A stretch of DNA of 60,812 nucleotides, filler included. It is 6 parts of 6 records of this genome, joined end to end, with 100 filler letters (N's around TTAATTAATTAA, not from the genome) between each part and the next. Parts side by side here need not be neighbours in the genome. Positions count along the whole stretch, not along the records: positions 55,383 to 60,812 come from SRR2962707_4971; 5 more parts are not named here. One strand, given 5' to 3'. Within the stretch, counting starts at the first letter, position 1. Every line of letters begins with the position of its first letter. Positions 55,625-60,812 of this stretch are shown here, in pieces. A program made the translations under genes and the position numbers. The notes below the pieces were generated by a model. That model was not told the origin of the DNA and ran no database searches. It was given only the letters and a program-made list of their open reading frames with translations.

Positions 55625-58600
55625 TCAGGGCTTTGTAACTGCAACTGCCAGGCATTGGTCGATGTCTTTTCCACCAAGCAAGTCTTCACGACCCAGCAGT
55701 CGCGCTGCATCGTCAGGACTTGTTTGACCAGGTGCGTGGCAAATTTTCGCCAAGGCCTCCCGCAACACTTGTGGCCCTGCAGGGTGGCGACCCAGTTCCC
55801 GCATTAATGGTACTGCAACCTTTCCAAGGCACCCAGGCAGTACGCGCCACGGAAGCAAGCGTGAGATCTGAGTGGGGACAGTATTTATTACCACAGTTTT
55901 GATTTCAAGACGACGTTGACAAGCGTCAACAGTTGTGTCTCAGCGTACCATCTGTTTGAGTTGGGAAGACTCTCTAAGTGGGCGGTGCCGGAGAAAAAAG
56001 TACACGAACGCATGAATCCAGTCCTTGTGATCACGTAGAATAGTATCGAGGCAGGCGCGGTTTTCAATCAAATTGGCTAGCACGTAGAGAGCTTCCTTTG
56101 CCACATTGGGGTGGACCTCGAACGGTAGCTTGCGATGGCCGAAAAAGGTGACCTAGAGTTTCGCAAGAGGCAAAACAATGGATGGGCAGAATTTCCCCTC
56201 CCCACGTCTCATGCCGAGGCATTGAGGCTACCCCTCGCGCAGGAGTTCATGAACACACATACATACATACAACCTCACAACGACGAAAAAAAAAAAAAAA
56301 AATGAGTGACGAACATGAGGCAGCACTTCTTCAGAATGCTCCGTTTCAGCTTTTTGGACGAGCACTTTCATGGCGATTGGCACAATGCCACTCTCCATGG
56401 TCGCAACAATCTGTGGCGGTGTCCCAGCTGCAAAATTTGACATAATCCAAAATATTTCTTTGACTAAAGCCTTTTTGTTGTATATTGCGGGATGTCCCAA
56501 ACAGCGCAGGAGCAACTCAATGAACCCTTTGTCCACAAGAACTTGCACTGTGCAGCCATCGGTGCACGCAGCAATATTGCCAATCGCTCGCACAATAGGT
56601 GTGATGAGTTTTATGTCAGCAGGCGGCAAAACGGGCATCTCCTCAACCACCTACAGTCCCGCAGCAAAAAAAATATCTTCGTTCTCCAAAATTGGCAACC
56701 GGGGTGACAGCAACAACCAAAAAAGTCAAACTGAACGTACAGTATCAGCCTCAGGCAAAACGTTCTCAGCCAAGACTTGTCGAAAGTGATCAAGGCACGA
56801 AACCACAATCTGAGGGCACATGTTGAATACGTGTTGGACCATGGAGCCTTCCTAAGATCAACAGTGTCAACGCACGGCGAAAAAATATCACTTTGTCGCA
56901 CACTTTCGGGCATTGCACGCACAAACGCAGAGCTGCTGTGGCAAAAGTGCCACCGAAAAAACTGGCTGAGCACCATGCCAGCCTGCACATTTCCCAACCC
57001 ACCTATCCCCCCACACACAGAAAATCTGAAACGTACCAGTGTTTTCTTATTCTGCGACCGACAGCGTTCTTGGCACAGTAGGAAGGTGCGAAAAATGCCC
57101 TTGCAAGACCCGTGGAAAAAATATTTTTGCAAGCTGTTGTACGTTTGGTCAGCAACAGAATAGTACCTGCAGCACGAAGCCATCAAGCAACAAAAACCGA
57201 ATTCCTTCGATCAACAGCCCATCAACGAGAATACAGAGCGGGCACCAGCAACGATCGCCAGCAACAATCGCCCTATTGACACGGAATGATCGGTGACGCA
57301 CGGGCGCACAGGGTTTCCACGAAAGCCCAGGACTGCTTCATTAAGGCCTCCAGACCGGCGTCGTAGCCCGGCGTATGGCGTTGGATTCAGCAACCCACGA
57401 ATGTTTTCAACCTCCGAATTCGTCGTTATGTAAGAAGCCATCCAATACCTACGGTCGTTTCCCACATCCATCGCCAGCAGCCCAATACATCAACTTGCAC
57501 TGCAACGGTTCTGAAGACAACCATCACCCAGTGGGTTTTGGCTGGAGCTTGTAGGAGGACAAGGAACAAGAAAAAAAAAAGAAAGGTAAAAAAACTCACG
57601 TGTCAATACGCGTTTCCGTGTCGGTTGAAGCGCATAAAATTGGAAGCAAACTGCATAAAGGATGGGTGCGTGCCAGCGGGGCATTCTTTCATGCACAATC
57701 GCAACATGAACACCCATGAAAAAGGCAGAGGCACCACAGGGCGTCACACATTTCGTTTTTAGACACATCGAAAGGCAACATTTCCCCGCAATCCTACTCT
57801 TTACACGGAAACCGCGCCACAACAACAAATGGCCAACAAAGGCTTGTAAAGCATGCATGCTCTGATCCGAACTCCGTACCCTTCCGCGGCAAAAGTTTGA
57901 AAACACCCAGGCAAGCTGGCGACAAAGCTGCGGGGATGCATGATTGGCATCAAATATATCCATCAGCAAAAGGTGAACGCCTGCTCCGAGGAACATGTCG
58001 CGGTACACGGGACCATCTCCCACAATATTTCCCACCAACCACGCGATTTGTTCAACAACCTAAATGTCAGAGTCCAGGAGCACACGGATGAGAACTTGAA
58101 CATTCCATGCAGACAAATTTCGCGCAATCACCAGAGCAATTTCGTGACATCCACATACGTCCACATCCGAGTCCAGCAAAGGTGTCAACACTCTCGCAAA
58201 CGTTGCGGGCGTGTTGAGTTTTGTGATTTGATCGGTAGTCCCACTCGCTATGTTGGTGAGCACCCATGCTGACTCAAACCGAATTTTGGGGTGCGCGTGG
58301 TATAGAAGGTCGCATAACACGCGAATGGAAAGCGGGTCCGAGATGGCGTCCAAAAAGCTGCGACCACAACACAAAAAAAGTTCAAGCGCACACCCGAGTC
58401 CATTGCAGCACAGAGAGAGTGACAGGCAAGCAAGAAGTATGAAAACGTACGGATTCGCAACGACTGACGATGAGCGCCGGAGTAGCACTAAAAAGACCAA
58501 TTGAATATTGTCCAACATGCTTTGGTCCTGCGGAAGAAAAAAGTTTGTCGTCACTGTCTTATGGAAGAAGACCAAGTCTTGTGTCGAAGGTGCGCCGACC

Positions 58601-59109
58601 GTGATTGCATTCGCAGGATCGTTCTGAGCCGAGAAAGTTGTGTCCAAATCCGCTGCTGCCTGATGAAAGTAACGTGGTGTTGCCAAAATACGGCGGCAGG
58701 TTTGCACTCGCTCCTGTGTCCACTTCAGTGGCGAAAACTTGCGCTGGTAACTTTCCCCAATGAATCTGCAAATACGCCGAATTATCAGGGTATCGGATAT
58801 CCGCTCATCAACGTCCTGCATCGGCTTTGTCCCTGCTGTTGCATCTTCGTTCTCCGACCCACACTCAGAAGCTTCTTGCTGCCCAGCTCCAGAATCCTCT
58901 GCGCAGGGTGGAGCGTCTTCGGCATACATCACATGTGGTGCATGAGATGAGTCGTCAAGGTGCAGAGACGCCAATTGAAGTTCTAATTCGGCCGACGGCA
59001 ATGGAGGAGGAGAAGCAAAACTTGCATCCTGCACAACGCCTGGCGTGTCTAAAAGCACCGCCAGGTTTAGCACCCCTGGCGGGTTTGAGCAGTCGCGCCA
59101 CCAAATCAC
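55625..59109 (-). CDS. Eukaryotic spliced importin-alpha-like ARM protein (5' end unresolved)
   Basis: ARM motifs SAWVLTNIASG, IAWLVGNIVGD, LAWVFSNFCRG, DT-YWMASY, VRAIGNI, KEIFWIMSNFAAG, KEALYVLANL. Inferred frame-consistent GT-AG introns: 58358-58450, 58060-58158, 57686-57879, 57449-57599, 56651-56740, 56153-56314, 55868-55948. Structure at 56852-57400 unresolved. Confidence 0.85.
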
Positions 59110-59257
59110 AGAACTGACGTCGCAGTGCGTGAGTGCATGGGGACTTGGCCTGGCATGAGCAGATTGCCAGACACATCCGCCAAATCAGCGCCGAAGACTG
59201 ATTGATGTCACTTGAGACAAGTAAGTCGACCAAGAATCGCAAAAAAAATACGCCTAC

Positions 59258-60793
59258 CGTTCTTTGATTGCGACAGGTGCAGCCTCCGAGGCAACTGCTT
59301 GCTCGTCATTTTGCACGTCAAGAAAGCTGCGAAACGCAGCCCGCAAATACTCCACATACTCCCGCAGGTGATCGTAAGTCGGCACTGGGTCGGTGCCCTT
59401 CAATTGCGAGAGGTGGTGCGTCTTCATCCAACGTCAAGCGGAAAATAACAAGCCAACCATCACAGGGGCAACAGCACATCGCGCGAAGCGCCATGGTAAC
59501 CAGCCCATTTGGCCGGTAAGAGGCATGTGCAGCCACAATGCAACAGTTGTCAAACAAGCACGCATGGCAACAAAACAGTGGTCGCGGAGACACAACACAT
59601 GCGGCAACCAAGACACTTGAGACCGTACCATTTCGAGCATCATTTTCGACCGATCAGGAGTTTTCTCGAACATCAACCCATTGCTCGCCAAGAGCGCGGA
59701 TACGGCCTTCACAGCAAACGGCCGCAGCATTTCTTTCCATTGTGACCAACTCATCGCAGCATCCAAATCAGTTTCTTGCTCCCGAGGCACGTTGACCGTT
59801 GCGAAAACCACGCTACCACAGTGCAATCGACCCCTGTGTTGTGTTCAGCGTGGAAATTCCAGGTTCACACAAAAGCAAAAAACATTAAAAACAAATAGAG
59901 AGAACACCAAGCGACACAAAGCAAGGGCAAAGTCCACGACTGTCGGCACAAAGCCACTGCTCGCAACTCATGCCACGCTCACACGCACAATCATGTCGCA
60001 GTCACATGCTCACACAGATGTGCACAACATGCGCAACAATTCGCACGCACTTTTTATCTGAAGTCTTGTGGAGGTGAGAGAACACCGCAGCCGGGAGCAC
60101 TGCAGCGCGACCCTCAGACACCGTAACGGGTATCTTTTGTGCAATCGGAGGTTCAGAACTCGAGCCCATTGAACGGACGCGGCCGGCCAGGATCGGAGGT
60201 GTCCACGTGGAAACAATGCCCAAAAGGGCGCGGCCCAGGTCGGCAATGTGTTTGTCATCACAGCTCTGAGGGTCGTCGACTACGCTTGGCTGCGGCGCGG
60301 GGCCCGTGCGAGAGAAGAAGTCCGTCACGTCCGCCATGGTGCTCGACAGTTGAAGCACGACGATGATCTTCACCGACACGACCTCGAGATCTGTCCCCAC
60401 GTGCTCGACCGGATTATACGAGAAGTTCACTGTCTCAACAAGCGCGTGGATGCTCTTCGAAGTGTGGCCCAAGAACTTCTGCAGAAGCACCCGGATCAAC
60501 GCCACCTCTGCAGCGGAGCAGCGGAACGTGGACGTGAATGCGGTGGGCGCGGCGTCGGCCTGTGAACGCCCTTCGCACTGAATTCGCGACGCCTTCCAGG
60601 CAGTGACCAGTTTCTGCATCTCTTGCACCGGCGAATCTGGCTCGAAACCTCCATCCACATTGCGCGTGTGTGGTGCTGGGGCCTGACCCTGCCGCTTGTC
60701 TGAAGGATCGCAGCGACTCATCTCGACCCGCTCGTTGAGACCAACCACGAGGGAGCGAGAGCGGACTGCGTCCGAAAAGGAGGAACGGAACAA
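59258..60793 (-). CDS. Further probable exons, either the N-terminus of the ARM gene or a separate gene
   Basis: Long open frames on the same strand with GT donors (e.g. GTAGGC near 59257); no domain recognised. Confidence 0.4.
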
Positions 60794-60812
60794 CAGAGAA
60801 GAGGGAGAGCAG

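Noticed and set aside
57700-57795. CDALWCLCLF resembling an ARM5 helix
   Set aside because: Lies in an inferred intron and ends in a stop; a better ARM5 (RIDT-YWMASY) is formed by neighbouring exons
58060-59436. In-frame stops in the eukaryotic gene suggesting codon reassignment
   Set aside because: The TAG at 58060-58062 is the acceptor of a canonical GTATGT...TAG intron, and conserved Trp residues use TGG; upstream TGAs are unresolved but splicing is the simpler explanation

Overview
The window is not one locus. It is six unrelated contigs joined by 100-nt N spacers containing an all-frame stop linker (TTAATTAATTAA), so adjacency across spacers means nothing. (1) 1-6901: alphaproteobacterial housekeeping region (DUF2066, pgsA-like, AI-2E, hdaA, ppk1) with a GT4, an SDR and a Rap1a-like gene. 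(2) 7002-17218: GC-rich alphaproteobacterium with a palindrome-flanked DUF559 nuclease, map, GNAT, a polyamine ABC transporter, MerR regulator, thiolase, P450 and several REP-like repeats. (3) 17319-32897: alphaproteobacterium with hydroxyproline catabolism, an extended NHEJ operon (ligD, ku, BRCT/HTH/TPR protein, alpha/beta hydrolase, xth) and an amine transaminase/ALDH cluster next to hpa genes. (4) 32998-38457: Bacteroidota lptC/hemolysin operon. (5) 38558-55282: early region of a lambdoid (pro)phage of an AT-rich gammaproteobacterium, with cI/cro and readable operators, cII, O with iterons, P, nin-like genes, Q, morons and a recombination module. (6) 55383-60812: eukaryotic, intron-containing, divergent importin-alpha-like gene. 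Best leads: the BRCT-HTH-TPR protein in the NHEJ operon, the DUF559/REP unit, and the post-Q phage moron locus with a 134-bp palindromic IHF-box element. All calls come from motif recognition by eye; no database searches were run.
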